Assembly: GCA_050737995.1 (NCBI GenBank)
Contig: JBOHYR010000066.1
Location: 41,864-105,863, forward strand
DNA length: 64,000 nucleotides
Source of the DNA: Rhodanobacteraceae bacterium
GTDB taxonomy: Bacteria; Pseudomonadota; Gammaproteobacteria; Xanthomonadales; Rhodanobacteraceae
Direction: 5' to 3'
Shown here in pieces: positions 9,661-19,613 of the stretch. A program made the translations under genes and the position numbers. The notes beneath the pieces were generated by a model that saw only the letters and a list, made by a program, of their open reading frames with translations, did not search any database and was not told the origin of the DNA. Positions within the stretch are counted from its first letter, which is position 1. Each line of letters opens with the position of its first letter.

Positions 9661-10593
9661 CTATTTTTGTTTGACCAGCCAGATTCCCAACCCTTGGGCA
9701 TTCAACTCGATGTCCATTCCGATCAATTCGTCCAGCCGCGCGGCATCGCCGAGCCAGCCATGGCGCGTGGCGCGGCGCGCGTACAGCTCGCGCAAGCCTT
9801 GCCTCAGCGCCGAATGACGCAGGTCGCCGCATTCATTGGCAACCAGCGAGATGGCGACCATGGCGTCGATCTGCTCGTGCAGGTCGTTGCCTAGGCGGTT
9901 GACGTCCTCGATTCGGCCGAAGTGGGTGGGGTAGATTGCTGGCGGTTCGAGTGTCAGCAGGCGGTCGATGGAGTGGTGCAGGGCATCGGGATCGAATTGC
10001 ACGGGTGAGGTGGTCGGCAGGATGAAGGGTCCGTTGTCGGTGTCGAATTCGCGGTAGGACAGGCCGAAGGTGTCGCCGCTGAAGATGCATCCGGAAGCCG
10101 CATCGTGGATCGCGTTGTGATGGCGCGCGTGGCCCGGGGTGTCCAGACACGTCAGTCTGCGGCCCACCAGATCCACGACGTGTCCATCGGGTGCCTCGAC
10201 CACCCGTTCGGCCGGAACCGGGCGGATGCCACCGTAGCTGTGCTGCATCTCCTCTTCGCCGTACACCGCAGTGGCCCCGGCCCACAGCTTCGACGGGTCG
10301 ATCATGTGGCGAGCGCCGCGCGGATGCACTACTAAGCGCGCGTTGGTCAGTTGTGCCATCAGCTCGCCGGCGCCGCCCGCGTGATCCAGGTGCACGTGGG
10401 TCAGGATCAGCCAGTCGACCGCGCCGGGTTCAAGACCCGCGGCGCCCAGCGCGTCGAGCAGGCGCGGTACCGAATGCCGGGTGCCACAGTCGATGAATGC
10501 CGCGCGTCCTTTCTCGATCAGCAGATAGGCGGCGTCGAACACGGGACGCTGAAACCCGGTGTCGATGGTGCGGATGCCGTACTCTTCGGTCAT
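9661..10593 (-). CDS. MBL-fold metallo-hydrolase
   Basis: THVHLDHAGG (HxHxDH) motif. The start is uncertain: I chose the ATG at 10593, with 10662 as the alternative. Confidence 0.75.
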   Translation of the reverse strand: MTEEYGIRTIDTGFQRPVFDAAYLLIEKGRAAFIDCGTRHSVPRLLDALGAAGLEPGAVDWLILTHVHLDHAGGAGELMAQLTNARLVVHPRGARHMIDPSKLWAGATAVYGEEEMQHSYGGIRPVPAERVVEAPDGHVVDLVGRRLTCLDTPGHARHHNAIHDAASGCIFSGDTFGLSYREFDTDNGPFILPTTSPVQFDPDALHHSIDRLLTLEPPAIYPTHFGRIEDVNRLGNDLHEQIDAMVAISLVANECGDLRHSALRQGLRELYARRATRHGWLGDAARLDELIGMDIELNAQGLGIWLVKQK

Positions 10594-11089
10594 GTCGGAA
10601 TACGTCGGCTCCTGCCGGAGAGGGTCTTGGGCGATTCGTGAAACCTGGCTCGCCGAGTACATTTGCAGCGTGCCGTCGTTCGCGCATGAACGTCAGCATG
10701 TCATCCGTCAGTTCCACGCTGACCGCGCGAAAGTGCGGCGAACCTCGCTGCCGTCGGCATCGTCCAGCCACACTGCGTAAACGCCAACTCCGCGATAGTC
10801 GAGGCAATCCAGTGCTTCGTTTGCACGATGGATCTTGTCGTGCTCATGCTACCAGTGATCGGAAAAGACCCGTCCATCGAAAGGGTGCCAAGCGCAAGCC
10901 GACGCTCGACGCCGCTGAACAGATCACCGGGTCCGCTCGCGTTGCCGCCCGCAAGTTCCGCTGTGGCGGTAGCTTCGCGCATCAAGACGATGGCGGCTTT
11001 GAACATCGCCGAACGCCCGTATCGTCCGAAACCGGCGACGCACAACCCGAGCGACTTCCGGCAAAAACTCGCGATCATTGAGCAGTTGA

Positions 11090-11651
11090 CGAAGAGCGGC
11101 GTGCTTCGGCGCCTGCTTATGCCCTTGGGTGATTGCGCGCATGCGCATCTTCGAAGTTGCGGCGCGCGTTCGATTCACGATTGCTGCGCATGTTGGGGCC
11201 GCTGTTGTTGAAGGTCGACACCGAGCACACGATGCGCACGCTGGGCTCGATGCTGAAGAACGGCGTGCCTCTGCTGGCCGCGCTCGAGATTGCGCGCCTG
11301 GTTATGTCCAAGCGTGAGTTATCCGGGCCATCGGACTCCTCGATGGAGCCGTCAAGGAAAGCGATTCGCTGTCCCATGCATTGTCGGTTCACGCGCATTG
11401 CCCGAAACTCGCGATCCAGATCACCATTGTTGGCGAGGAATCGGGCACGCTGGACGATATGCTGATGCGTGTGGCCGGGACCTGCGACGGCGAGGTGAAG
11501 TCGGTGATCGACAGGATACTGTCGCGCTGCTGCCGACCCTGACGTTCTTGATGGCGTTGCTGACGGCGGGCATCATGCGGTCGATCCTGCTCGGGGCATC
11601 ATGCTGTCGATCTTGCTGCCGCTGCTGAGCCTGACGGGCAGCATCCAATGA
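11090..11651 (+). pseudogene. Type II secretion platform protein GspF, 5'-truncated and multiply frameshifted
   Basis: GspF C-terminal-half motifs are spread over three frames: TLGSMLKNGVPLLAALEIAR; LSHALS..PKLAIQITIVGEESGTLDDML; LLPTLTFLMALLTAGIM; GIMLSILLPLLSLTGSIQ-stop. No N-terminal half was found. It sits directly upstream of gspG, as in T2SS operons. Confidence 0.65.
11568..11619 (+). repeat. Imperfect 26-bp tandem duplication inside the gspF remnant
   Basis: Copy 1 (11568-11593) is gggcatcatgcggtcgatcctgctcg. Copy 2 (11594-11619) is gggcatcatgctgtcgatcttgctgc. They match at 22 of 26 positions. The unit length is not a multiple of 3, so the duplication shifts the frame. Confidence 0.85.
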
Positions 11652-11670
11652 GACATTCGGAGATGATCAG

Positions 11671-12096
11671 ATGACGGGTTTGAAGAAGCGGCGCACGAAG
11701 CGCGCCATCGGATTCACCCTGCTCGAAATGCTTGCGGTGGTCGTGCTGCTAGGCATAGTCGGCGTGATCGTTGCGCGTTCGGTCTCGGGCAGCGTCGACA
11801 AAGGCAAGTGGGGGGCCGGCAAGATCGGCGTCACCAGACTCGACCAGGACGTACAGGCTTACGTCCTTGACAACGGTTCGCCTCCCAAGTCACTCGACGA
11901 CCTGCTCACCAAACCATTCAATGCGCCTTCCTGGAACGGACCATACGCCAAGCCGACCGATCTCAAGGATCCCTTCGGACACTCTTATGGCTATGTTTAT
12001 CCGGGCAAGCAAAGCCAGTTCGACATCGTCTTCTATGGCCGCGACGGCAAGCCCGGTGGCGAGAAGATTGATCGTGATTACGGCAACTGGCAATGA
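11671..12096 (+). CDS. gspG: Type II secretion major pseudopilin GspG
   Basis: Prepilin leader followed by GFTLLE and a hydrophobic helix. It also has WNGPY and the C-terminal GRDGKPGGEKIDRDYGNW, typical of GspG. Confidence 0.85.
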   Translation: MTGLKKRRTKRAIGFTLLEMLAVVVLLGIVGVIVARSVSGSVDKGKWGAGKIGVTRLDQDVQAYVLDNGSPPKSLDDLLTKPFNAPSWNGPYAKPTDLKDPFGHSYGYVYPGKQSQFDIVFYGRDGKPGGEKIDRDYGNWQ

Positions 12097-12826
12097 AATC
12101 GGATTCCGCTGGCCCCGCGCTGTCAAGCCAACCCATGTGCTGGTCGCAACCGCAATGTTGCTGATCGCCTCCACGATCGGACTCCCTTCGACCGGCAAGT
12201 CCGTACAAAGCGTCGGTCGCCGTGCGGCGAGACGGCGCGGTTGAACGTGCGCAATGACTGCTTTGCGAGCGGGCGCCGGCGGAACCTCTCAAGAACCAAA
12301 TCCTCTCCGGAAATTTCGATGGCGGCTGAGGTTGATGTTGAATATCCATGTGCCGCTGGGACAGGCGGCCGCGCCGGATGTCGAAATCAGTGTGTCGATG
12401 CGGCACTCGGGAACGATGATGGCGCATACGGTCAACGACATCTACCGACTCGACATCGCGGTGCGATATGACGCCCGCCGCACCCTCGGTTGTCGAGCCA
12501 GCACGTACGGATCGCGCCGGTGGGCGCATTGGTTGCAGCGGACGTCGCGCAGCCGGTTTTGCTTAGAAAGGTGATGACGGATGCGCCTCATCGAACGGCA
12601 GTGCCGACGGCATTCGGACCGGTGCGTTGTACAGGTCGATCCTTGTTTCGTACTGTTGACGCCGGTGGGGAGTGCGCTGCCCATGCCGGATGCAACAGGC
12701 GAATACTGGCAACGCCAACCAAATGATACTTTGCTGAAGCGCAATGACGCGCTTGCACATCCCGCTCTCTGATTGTTGTCGTCGCGCTCGATGTCAGACT
12801 TAGTTGGCGGCAGCTAAACTGCTCGG

Positions 12827-13711
12827 ATGATTGGTTCCGTTGTCTCGATCGTCATCGTCGCCGCCGATAGCGGTGCGTCCTTGCGTGAATGCGTGACCCA
12901 CGCGTTGGCATCAAGCGTGACGGTGGAAGTGGTGGTTGTTGACAATGCTTCGAGCGACGGCATACCGCAAGCCATCGCCCGCGCATATCAAGACGACGAG
13001 CGTGTGCGCGTCGTCTACAACCACGCCAATCTTGGATTCGGCCCCGCGGTGAACGTGGGTGCGCGTGCGGCGGACGGCGGCGCGCTATTGGTTCTGAATC
13101 CCGATTGCCTGCTGGATCGCGAGACGATCGCGCAAATGCTGCATGTGCTGCAAGCGCATTCCGATGTCGGTGTGGTCGGCGCGGTGGTGCGCGATGCAGA
13201 CGGCACGCCGGATCCGGCTTCGCGACGGCGCGATCCGTTGCTGCGACGTTCGTTGAATACGTTAACCGGGCGTGCGAAACGCGAAACGGTTGATGCGCGG
13301 TTCGAGGGCGTGGATGTACCGGGACCGCTGCCAGAAAAAATCATCGAAGTCGAGAACGTTTCAGGTGCGTTGATGCTGCTGCCTTGTGCGGCGTTCGAAC
13401 GATTGCAAGGTTTCGACGAGGGTTACTTCCTGCATTGCGAGGACCTGGCCCTGTGTCGGCGCGCGCGCGACGCCGGCTACAAGGTGATGCTCGCGGGTGG
13501 CGTGCGGGTGTGTCATGGCAAGGGCGGATCCAGCGCGCATCGCCCGGTGTTCGTCAGTTACCATAAGCATCGCGGCATGTGGCGATGGTTTCGCAAGTTC
13601 GATCCGGCCGCGCGCAGGCTGCCGACGCGCGTGCTGGTGTGGTGCGGCATCGCCGCACATTTTCTCGCGACTGCGCCGTTACTTTGGTTGCGCCGCGCCA
13701 TCCGATACTGA
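12827..13711 (+). CDS. Family 2 glycosyltransferase
   Basis: The N-terminal VSIVIVA...VVVVDNASSDG pattern and a DxD-like region are typical of the GT2 fold. Confidence 0.8.
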   Translation: MIGSVVSIVIVAADSGASLRECVTHALASSVTVEVVVVDNASSDGIPQAIARAYQDDERVRVVYNHANLGFGPAVNVGARAADGGALLVLNPDCLLDRETIAQMLHVLQAHSDVGVVGAVVRDADGTPDPASRRRDPLLRRSLNTLTGRAKRETVDARFEGVDVPGPLPEKIIEVENVSGALMLLPCAAFERLQGFDEGYFLHCEDLALCRRARDAGYKVMLAGGVRVCHGKGGSSAHRPVFVSYHKHRGMWRWFRKFDPAARRLPTRVLVWCGIAAHFLATAPLLWLRRAIRY

Positions 13712-13728
13712 TTGCAATGGTGTAATGC

Positions 13729-14265
13729 ATGATTCGCGAAATCCTGAAAATGGGCGATCCGCGCCTGCTGCGCGTCGCGCCGCCGGTACCTGAGTCGATG
13801 TTCGGTACCACCGATCTCGATGGTCTGATCAGCGACCTGTTCGAGACCATGCAGGCTGCCGATGGGGTAGGTCTGGCAGCGCCACAGATCGGCGTCGACC
13901 TGCAACTGACTGTGTTCGGTTTCGAGCATTCCAACCGTTACCCCGATGAACCCGAAGTACCTCGCACAATCCTTCTCAACCCTATGATTACGCCATTGTC
14001 GAAAGACATGGAAGACGGCTGGGAAGGTTGCCTGTCGGTACCCGGGTTGCGCGGCGTGGTCAGTCGCCACTCCATGATCCGCTATCAGGGCGTCGACCCG
14101 AGAGGTACGATGATCGATCGCACCGCCGAGGGTTTTCATGCGCGGGTGGTGCAGCACGAGTGTGATCACCTGATCGGGCGACTGTATCCGTCACGCATCA
14201 CGGATTTTTCGAAATTCGGCTTCATCGACGTGCTGTTTCCGGACGAGGCCGGCGCGGCGGAATAG
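13729..14265 (+). CDS. def: Peptide deformylase
   Basis: All three Def motifs are present: [18 protein letters not shown] and QHECDHL. Confidence 0.95.
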   Translation: MIREILKMGDPRLLRVAPPVPESMFGTTDLDGLISDLFETMQAADGVGLAAPQIGVDLQLTVFGFEHSNRYPDEPEVPRTILLNPMITPLSKDMEDGWEGCLSVPGLRGVVSRHSMIRYQGVDPRGTMIDRTAEGFHARVVQHECDHLIGRLYPSRITDFSKFGFIDVLFPDEAGAAE

Positions 14266-14272
14266 GCTCTGG

Positions 14273-15259
14273 TCACAGCACCATCAAATCGTGGCCGATG
14301 ATCAGCCGACCCTTGAAGTGCGGTTTGACCGCGTCGTACCAGACCTGATCCGGGATGGGCATCGTGCCGGGCACGAAGTGATTCAGCACCAGCGTCTTGA
14401 CGCCGGCCCTGGTTGCGATCTGCCCGACTTCCGACATCGGCGTGTGGGCGGCTTCGAGGTGCGCGCGCAGGCGGGTCGCCACGGCTTCGTCTTTCACGAC
14501 TTGGCCAATTGCCTTGAGGTCGATCACCTCGTGCACCAGGATGTCGGCGCCGCGCGCGAGTTCGATCAGGTTTTCGGAGGGGCGTGTATCGCCTGAAAAC
14601 ACGATCGAACGATCCGGGCAATCGAAGCGATAGGCGAAGGCTGGCACGACCGGCGGATGCTGCACCAGCGCCGCTGTCACCCTGACGTTTTCGTCGTGCA
14701 TCACCGGGCCGCCGTGCGTAATCTCGTGTGGCTCGATCAATGGCGCAAGCGGTGGGCCGCCTTCATCGGATTCGCGGATGTGGATGTCGTAGGCATCCAT
14801 TTCCAGGAATAGTTCGGTCATCCTGGCGAGTGGCGGCGGCCCATAAGTGTTGACGCGTGTATGCAGGTCGGTTTCCCACGCCAGCAACAAGAGATTGCCA
14901 TAGTCGGCGTTGTGGTCGGAATGATGGTGTGTGATGAAAACATCACGGATGTGGCCGAGATCCAGCCCGGCCTTCACCATCTGCCGCGCGACACCGTTGC
15001 CGCAATCGATCACGTAGATAACGTCACCGATCACGATCGCATTTGCGGGCGCCGAGCGATCCACCTTGGGCGTCGAGCCGCCTGCCGTGCCAAGCAGTAC
15101 GAGTTTTGAGCGGGGGCTGACTGGCATGGGTAGGTATTTCGGCTTGGTGTCGGCAGAAAGTGCGCGTGTATTTGCCGTTGCGATGGCCGCCAGCGACAAT
15201 CCGGCGGCCCGCAGCAGCCGACGCCGGGACCGGTCGATGTCGTCGTGCGATTGGGGCAT
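14273..15259 (-). CDS. MBL-fold metallo-hydrolase with Tat-type signal peptide
   Basis: The ATG at 15259 gives MPQSHDDIDRSRRRLLRAAGLSLAAIATA (twin-arginine). An ITHHHSDH metal-binding motif is present. Confidence 0.75.
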   Translation of the reverse strand: MPQSHDDIDRSRRRLLRAAGLSLAAIATANTRALSADTKPKYLPMPVSPRSKLVLLGTAGGSTPKVDRSAPANAIVIGDVIYVIDCGNGVARQMVKAGLDLGHIRDVFITHHHSDHNADYGNLLLLAWETDLHTRVNTYGPPPLARMTELFLEMDAYDIHIRESDEGGPPLAPLIEPHEITHGGPVMHDENVRVTAALVQHPPVVPAFAYRFDCPDRSIVFSGDTRPSENLIELARGADILVHEVIDLKAIGQVVKDEAVATRLRAHLEAAHTPMSEVGQIATRAGVKTLVLNHFVPGTMPIPDQVWYDAVKPHFKGRLIIGHDLMVL

Positions 15260-15352
15260 GGCTCCCGCGATCCAGTGCGCATCGGTTCGAAGGCTGCAAT
15301 CCACCACTTCGCCGTTCTGCACCCGGGCGGCAGGTGGCAGACTGTCGCTGGT

Positions 15353-18292
15353 TCAGGCTTGCAGTTTCTCGGATTGCTCGTGCAGCGCGTCGAGTTGTGT
15401 GGTCCAGTCGGTCAGTCGTGCGCGCTCCAGCTCGACCACAGCGTCGGGCGCGTGATCGACGAAGTTGGCGTTGCCGAGTTTGCCCTCGCACTTTTTTATT
15501 TCGTCCTTGATGCGCGCGATTTCCTTTTTCAGGCGCGTACGCTCGGCACCGAGATCGATCAGGCCGGCCAACGGAATCAACACGCAAAGGTTGCCGATCA
15601 CCGCCGCTGCCGCGGCAGTTTCCTCCTCACCGGCCGCCAACCGGCGAGGTGGTTCGCAATGCGCGAGGAATTCGATCTGTGTGCTGAATTTGCCCATGCG
15701 TCGGTGATCTTCGGTGTCGCCGTTGGCGAAGAGGACCGGAATGATCTTGCCCGGCGGAATGTTCATCTCGCTGCGAATGCGCCGCACACTCGTCAGTACC
15801 GACTTGAACCATTCGATTTCGGCGCTGGCGGTCTCGTCCCCGGCGAACTCGTCGGCGCGTGGATACGGGCGTTGCAGAATGCTCTGCTCTTTGAGGCCTA
15901 GTTTTGGGGCCACCGATTGCCAGATTTCCTCGGTAATGAACGGAATGATAGGGTGCAGCGCACGTAATGCCGCTTCCAGCACCACCAGCAACGTCTGGCG
16001 GGTCGAGGCAGCGGCACTCGCATCGTCGCCATTCAACGCCGGTTTCGACAATTCCAGAAACCAGTCGCAATACTCGTTCCATACGAACTCATACAGCGTC
16101 TGCGCCAAGTGGTCGAAGCGATAGCTGGCGAAGTACTGTTCGACTTCGGCCAGCATCTTGTGCAGCCGCGAGACGATCCAGCGTTCCGCCTCGGTGGCGG
16201 GCGCGTTTGTTGTTCCCGGTTCTCCGCTCGATGCCTCTCCCACATTCATCAGCACGAACCGCGCCGCATTCCACAGCTTGTTGCAGAACGCCTTGTAGCC
16301 TTCGGCGCGTTTCAGGTCGAAGTTGATGGTGCGGCTGTAGCTTGCGAGCGCGGCGAAGGTAAAGCGCAGCGCATCGGTGCCGATCGCGGCGATGCCGTCG
16401 GGATATTCCTTCCGGATGCGCTTCTCGACTTTCTCGCGTACCTGCGGAATCAGCAACGATTTGGTGGACTTGGCCACCAGTGCGTCGCGTTCGATGCCGT
16501 CGATCAGATCCAGCGGGTCCAGGGTGTTGCCCTTGGACTTGGACATCTTCTGGCCTTCGGCGTCGCGCACGATGGCGTTGATGTACACCTCGTGAAAAGG
16601 GACGCGGCCGGTGAAGTAGCGGGTCGTCATTACCATCCGCGCGACCCAGAAGAAGATGATGTCGAAACCGGTGACCAGCACTGCGCTCGGCAGAAATATC
16701 TTGTCGGTCGACCAGTTCGCGACGATTTCGCCGCGCTCGTTTTTCACGGCTTCACTCGACGGCCAGCCGAGCGTCGAGAACGGCCACAGCGCCGAAGAGA
16801 ACCAGGTGTCGAGCACGTCCTCGTCCTGGCGCAACGTGCCATTTGGTTTGACGGACGAATGTGCGATCGCGTCGGCCTCGTCTTCGCCGACGAAGATGTT
16901 TCCTTCCTTGTCGTACCACGCCGGAATCCGGTGCCCCCACCACAACTGCCGGCTGATGCACCAGTCCTGGATGTTGTCCAGCCACTGCGTATAGGTCGTC
17001 GTCCAGTTCTCCGGCACGAACTTGATTTCGCCGGAACGCACCGCTTCGAGCGCCGGCCCGGTAATCGCCTTGCGGCCGCCCGGCGAACCGGCCGGCTGGG
17101 CACGGCCTTCCGGCAACGTGTCGCCGGTGAGATCCACGAACCATTGATCCGTCAGCATCGGTTCGATCACCGCATCGGAACGCTGGCTGATCGGCACCTG
17201 CAGCTTGTGCCGCTTCGTCTCGACCAGGAGACCTTCTGCTTCCAGTTGGGTAAGAACTTTTTTTCGCGCTTCGTATCGATCCAGTCCTCGATAGGTTTCA
17301 GGTATTCCGATGTCGCCAGCCATATCGATGTAATTGATACGCAGCTTCCCTGATCCGCCTGGCTTGGCCACACGGGCGGCCCAATCGGCATCACCAACGA
17401 TTCTGGCGTCGAGCGTGAAGATGTTGAACTGTGGAAGCTTGTGTCGCAGGCCGATCGCGTAGTCGTTGAAGTCATGCGCCGGCGTGATCTTCACTGCGCC
17501 CGTCCCGAACTCTCGGTCGACGTAATCATCGAGAATGATGGGAACTTCGCGGCCCGTGATCGGTAGCCGTAAACGCTTGCCATGCAAACGCTTGTAGCGC
17601 TCATCCTCCGGATGCACGGCAACCGCCGCGTCGCCCAGCATGGTTTCCGGACGCGTGGTGGCGATCACCACGCTGTCGCTGCCATCGACAGTCGGATAGC
17701 AAATCGACCACAGGAATCCGTCGCGTTCGATGTTGTTGACCTCGAGGTCCGACACCGCGGTCATCAACACAGGATCCCAGTTCACCAGCCGGTTGCCGCG
17801 ATAGATCAATCCGGCGCGATACCACTCCACGAATACTTTGCGCACCGCGGCCGACAGGCCTTCATCCATGGTGAAACGTTCGCGCGACCAGTCCACGCAC
17901 GCGCCCAGCCGGCGCATCTGTTGCGTAATCGTGGAGCCCGATTCCTGTTTCCATCGCCACACGCGCTCGATGAAGGCGTCGCGGCCCAGATCGTGGCGCG
18001 TCTTTCCTTCGGCTGCGAGCTGGTTTTCGACGATTTTTTGCGTCGCGATGCCCGCGTGGTCACTGCCGCCTTGCCACAGTGTGTTGTGCCCGGTCATCCG
18101 CGCATGCCGGATCAGCGCGTCCATGATGGTCTGCTGGAATGCATGGCCCATGTGCAGCGTGCCGGTGACGTTCGGCGGCGGCAGCAGGATGCAGTACGGC
18201 TCGCCTTGGCCGGATGGCTTGAAGCAGTTGGCCTGCTCCCAGCGCGCGTACCACTTCGATTCGATCTGCTTGGGGTCGAAACTCTTGTCCAT
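15353..18292 (-). CDS. valS: Valine--tRNA ligase
   Basis: HIGH-type motif (TLHMGHAF), KMSKS, and a C-terminal coiled coil. The start was chosen at [15 protein letters not shown]. Confidence 0.97.
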   Translation of the reverse strand: MDKSFDPKQIESKWYARWEQANCFKPSGQGEPYCILLPPPNVTGTLHMGHAFQQTIMDALIRHARMTGHNTLWQGGSDHAGIATQKIVENQLAAEGKTRHDLGRDAFIERVWRWKQESGSTITQQMRRLGACVDWSRERFTMDEGLSAAVRKVFVEWYRAGLIYRGNRLVNWDPVLMTAVSDLEVNNIERDGFLWSICYPTVDGSDSVVIATTRPETMLGDAAVAVHPEDERYKRLHGKRLRLPITGREVPIILDDYVDREFGTGAVKITPAHDFNDYAIGLRHKLPQFNIFTLDARIVGDADWAARVAKPGGSGKLRINYIDMAGDIGIPETYRGLDRYEARKKVLTQLEAEGLLVETKRHKLQVPISQRSDAVIEPMLTDQWFVDLTGDTLPEGRAQPAGSPGGRKAITGPALEAVRSGEIKFVPENWTTTYTQWLDNIQDWCISRQLWWGHRIPAWYDKEGNIFVGEDEADAIAHSSVKPNGTLRQDEDVLDTWFSSALWPFSTLGWPSSEAVKNERGEIVANWSTDKIFLPSAVLVTGFDIIFFWVARMVMTTRYFTGRVPFHEVYINAIVRDAEGQKMSKSKGNTLDPLDLIDGIERDALVAKSTKSLLIPQVREKVEKRIRKEYPDGIAAIGTDALRFTFAALASYSRTINFDLKRAEGYKAFCNKLWNAARFVLMNVGEASSGEPGTTNAPATEAERWIVSRLHKMLAEVEQYFASYRFDHLAQTLYEFVWNEYCDWFLELSKPALNGDDASAAASTRQTLLVVLEAALRALHPIIPFITEEIWQSVAPKLGLKEQSILQRPYPRADEFAGDETASAEIEWFKSVLTSVRRIRSEMNIPPGKIIPVLFANGDTEDHRRMGKFSTQIEFLAHCEPPRRLAAGEEETAAAAAVIGNLCVLIPLAGLIDLGAERTRLKKEIARIKDEIKKCEGKLGNANFVDHAPDAVVELERARLTDWTTQLDALHEQSEKLQA

Positions 18293-18473
18293 CACGGGTC
18301 CGGGTTCCGCGCTCCGCGCGGTTCGCAAAAACGAACGGCGATTGTAGCGATTCCCGGACGACGCTTGCGGCGCGAGGTGACGGTGATGACAAAGCAGGCC
18401 ATGGGCGGCCGCCGTGTTTGCGTCAGGCGCGAAACCATCACGAGGGTGTCATTGGCCTCCGGTGCGTGACGCG

Positions 18474-19613
18474 CTACACCGTCCACTTGCGGTGTGCATG
18501 GATCGACATCACTACCCCGAATCCGGTCAGCAGGGTGATCGCCGAGGTGCCGCCGTAGCTGACCAGCGGCAATGGCACGCCTACCACCGGAAGCAGGCCC
18601 GTGATCATGCCGCCGTTGACGATGACGTACACGAAGAAGGCGAGGCCGAAGGCGCCGGCGAGAAGACGCGAGTAGGTGTCGCGCGCGTTGGCTGCGATCC
18701 ACAGGCAGCGACCGACGATGAAGGCGTACAGCGCAAGCAGTACCAGTGCACCGATCAGCCCGAACTCCTCGCCGAGCACCGCGAAGATGAAATCGGTGGT
18801 GTGTTCGGGCAGGAACTCCAGTTTCGACTGGGTGCCTTGGTTGAAGCCTTTGCCGAGGATGCCGCCTGAACCGACCGCGATCATCGACTGCAGGATGTGC
18901 CAACCGCTACCCAGCGGGTCGCTTTCCGGGTGGAGGAAGGTCAGCACGCGTTGGCGCTGATAACCGTGCAGGAAGTAGCCGTGCAGGAAGTGCCATGCCA
19001 CCGGTGCGGCGGCCGCGAGCGCGGCCAGCATCGCGCCGATCTTCCACCATTGCAGCCCCGCGAGAAACAGCACGAACACCCCAGACGCGGCGACCAGCAG
19101 CGCGGTGCCGAGGTCGGGTTGCTTGACAATCAGCAACACGGGCAGCCCGACGAGGATTGCAATCGCGAAGATGTCGCGCCAGCGTGGAGGCAGCGGACGC
19201 GGGTGCAGGTACCACGCGATCATCATCGGCATTGCCAGCTTCATCAGCTCGGACGGCTGGAAGCGGATAACGCCGATGTCCAGCCAGCGGTTCGCGCCCT
19301 GGCCTTCGCCCAATACCTTCACCACCACCAGCAGCAGGACGCCGAGCACGTAGAACCATGGTGTCCAGGCGCGCAGCAGCGACGGCGGAATGCGCGACAC
19401 CGCGACGAGCAATGCCGCGCCGATAAGGAAACGCACGGCTTGCCCGATCAGCATGCTCGTGTCGAGATTGCTGGCGCTGTACAGCACTGTCAGTCCGATC
19501 GCGGCGAGGATCAGCAGCGCAATGGCGAGGGGCAGATCGATGCGGGGGCGCGAGAAAATCCGGCGCCCGATCCGCATGGCGCGTCCACCAACGCTGGCTA
19601 CCAGGGTGTTCAT
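18474..19613 (-). CDS. rodA: SEDS family peptidoglycan polymerase RodA
   Basis: Polytopic membrane protein with RodA/FtsW-like sequence. The ATG at 19613 overlaps the mrdA stop (ATGA). The longer ORF to 20249 is a run-on into mrdA. Confidence 0.9.
   Translation of the reverse strand: MNTLVASVGGRAMRIGRRIFSRPRIDLPLAIALLILAAIGLTVLYSASNLDTSMLIGQAVRFLIGAALLVAVSRIPPSLLRAWTPWFYVLGVLLLVVVKVLGEGQGANRWLDIGVIRFQPSELMKLAMPMMIAWYLHPRPLPPRWRDIFAIAILVGLPVLLIVKQPDLGTALLVAASGVFVLFLAGLQWWKIGAMLAALAAAAPVAWHFLHGYFLHGYQRQRVLTFLHPESDPLGSGWHILQSMIAVGSGGILGKGFNQGTQSKLEFLPEHTTDFIFAVLGEEFGLIGALVLLALYAFIVGRCLWIAANARDTYSRLLAGAFGLAFFVYVIVNGGMITGLLPVVGVPLPLVSYGGTSAITLLTGFGVVMSIHAHRKWTV

Noticed and set aside
10663-11090. 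Possible gspE remnant upstream of the gspF fragment (a C..C spacing and a PHC-like segment in one frame)
   Set aside because: The similarity is too weak to support by eye. It needs a profile tBLASTn search.
12097-12826. Possible minor pseudopilin (gspH-like) remnant after gspG (IGFRWPRAV...LLIASTIGL)
   Set aside because: Only a vague resemblance to a prepilin N-terminus, with stops in all frames. It is not supportable without a search.
16109-17353. 414-aa ORF on the plus strand
   Set aside because: It is antisense to valS.
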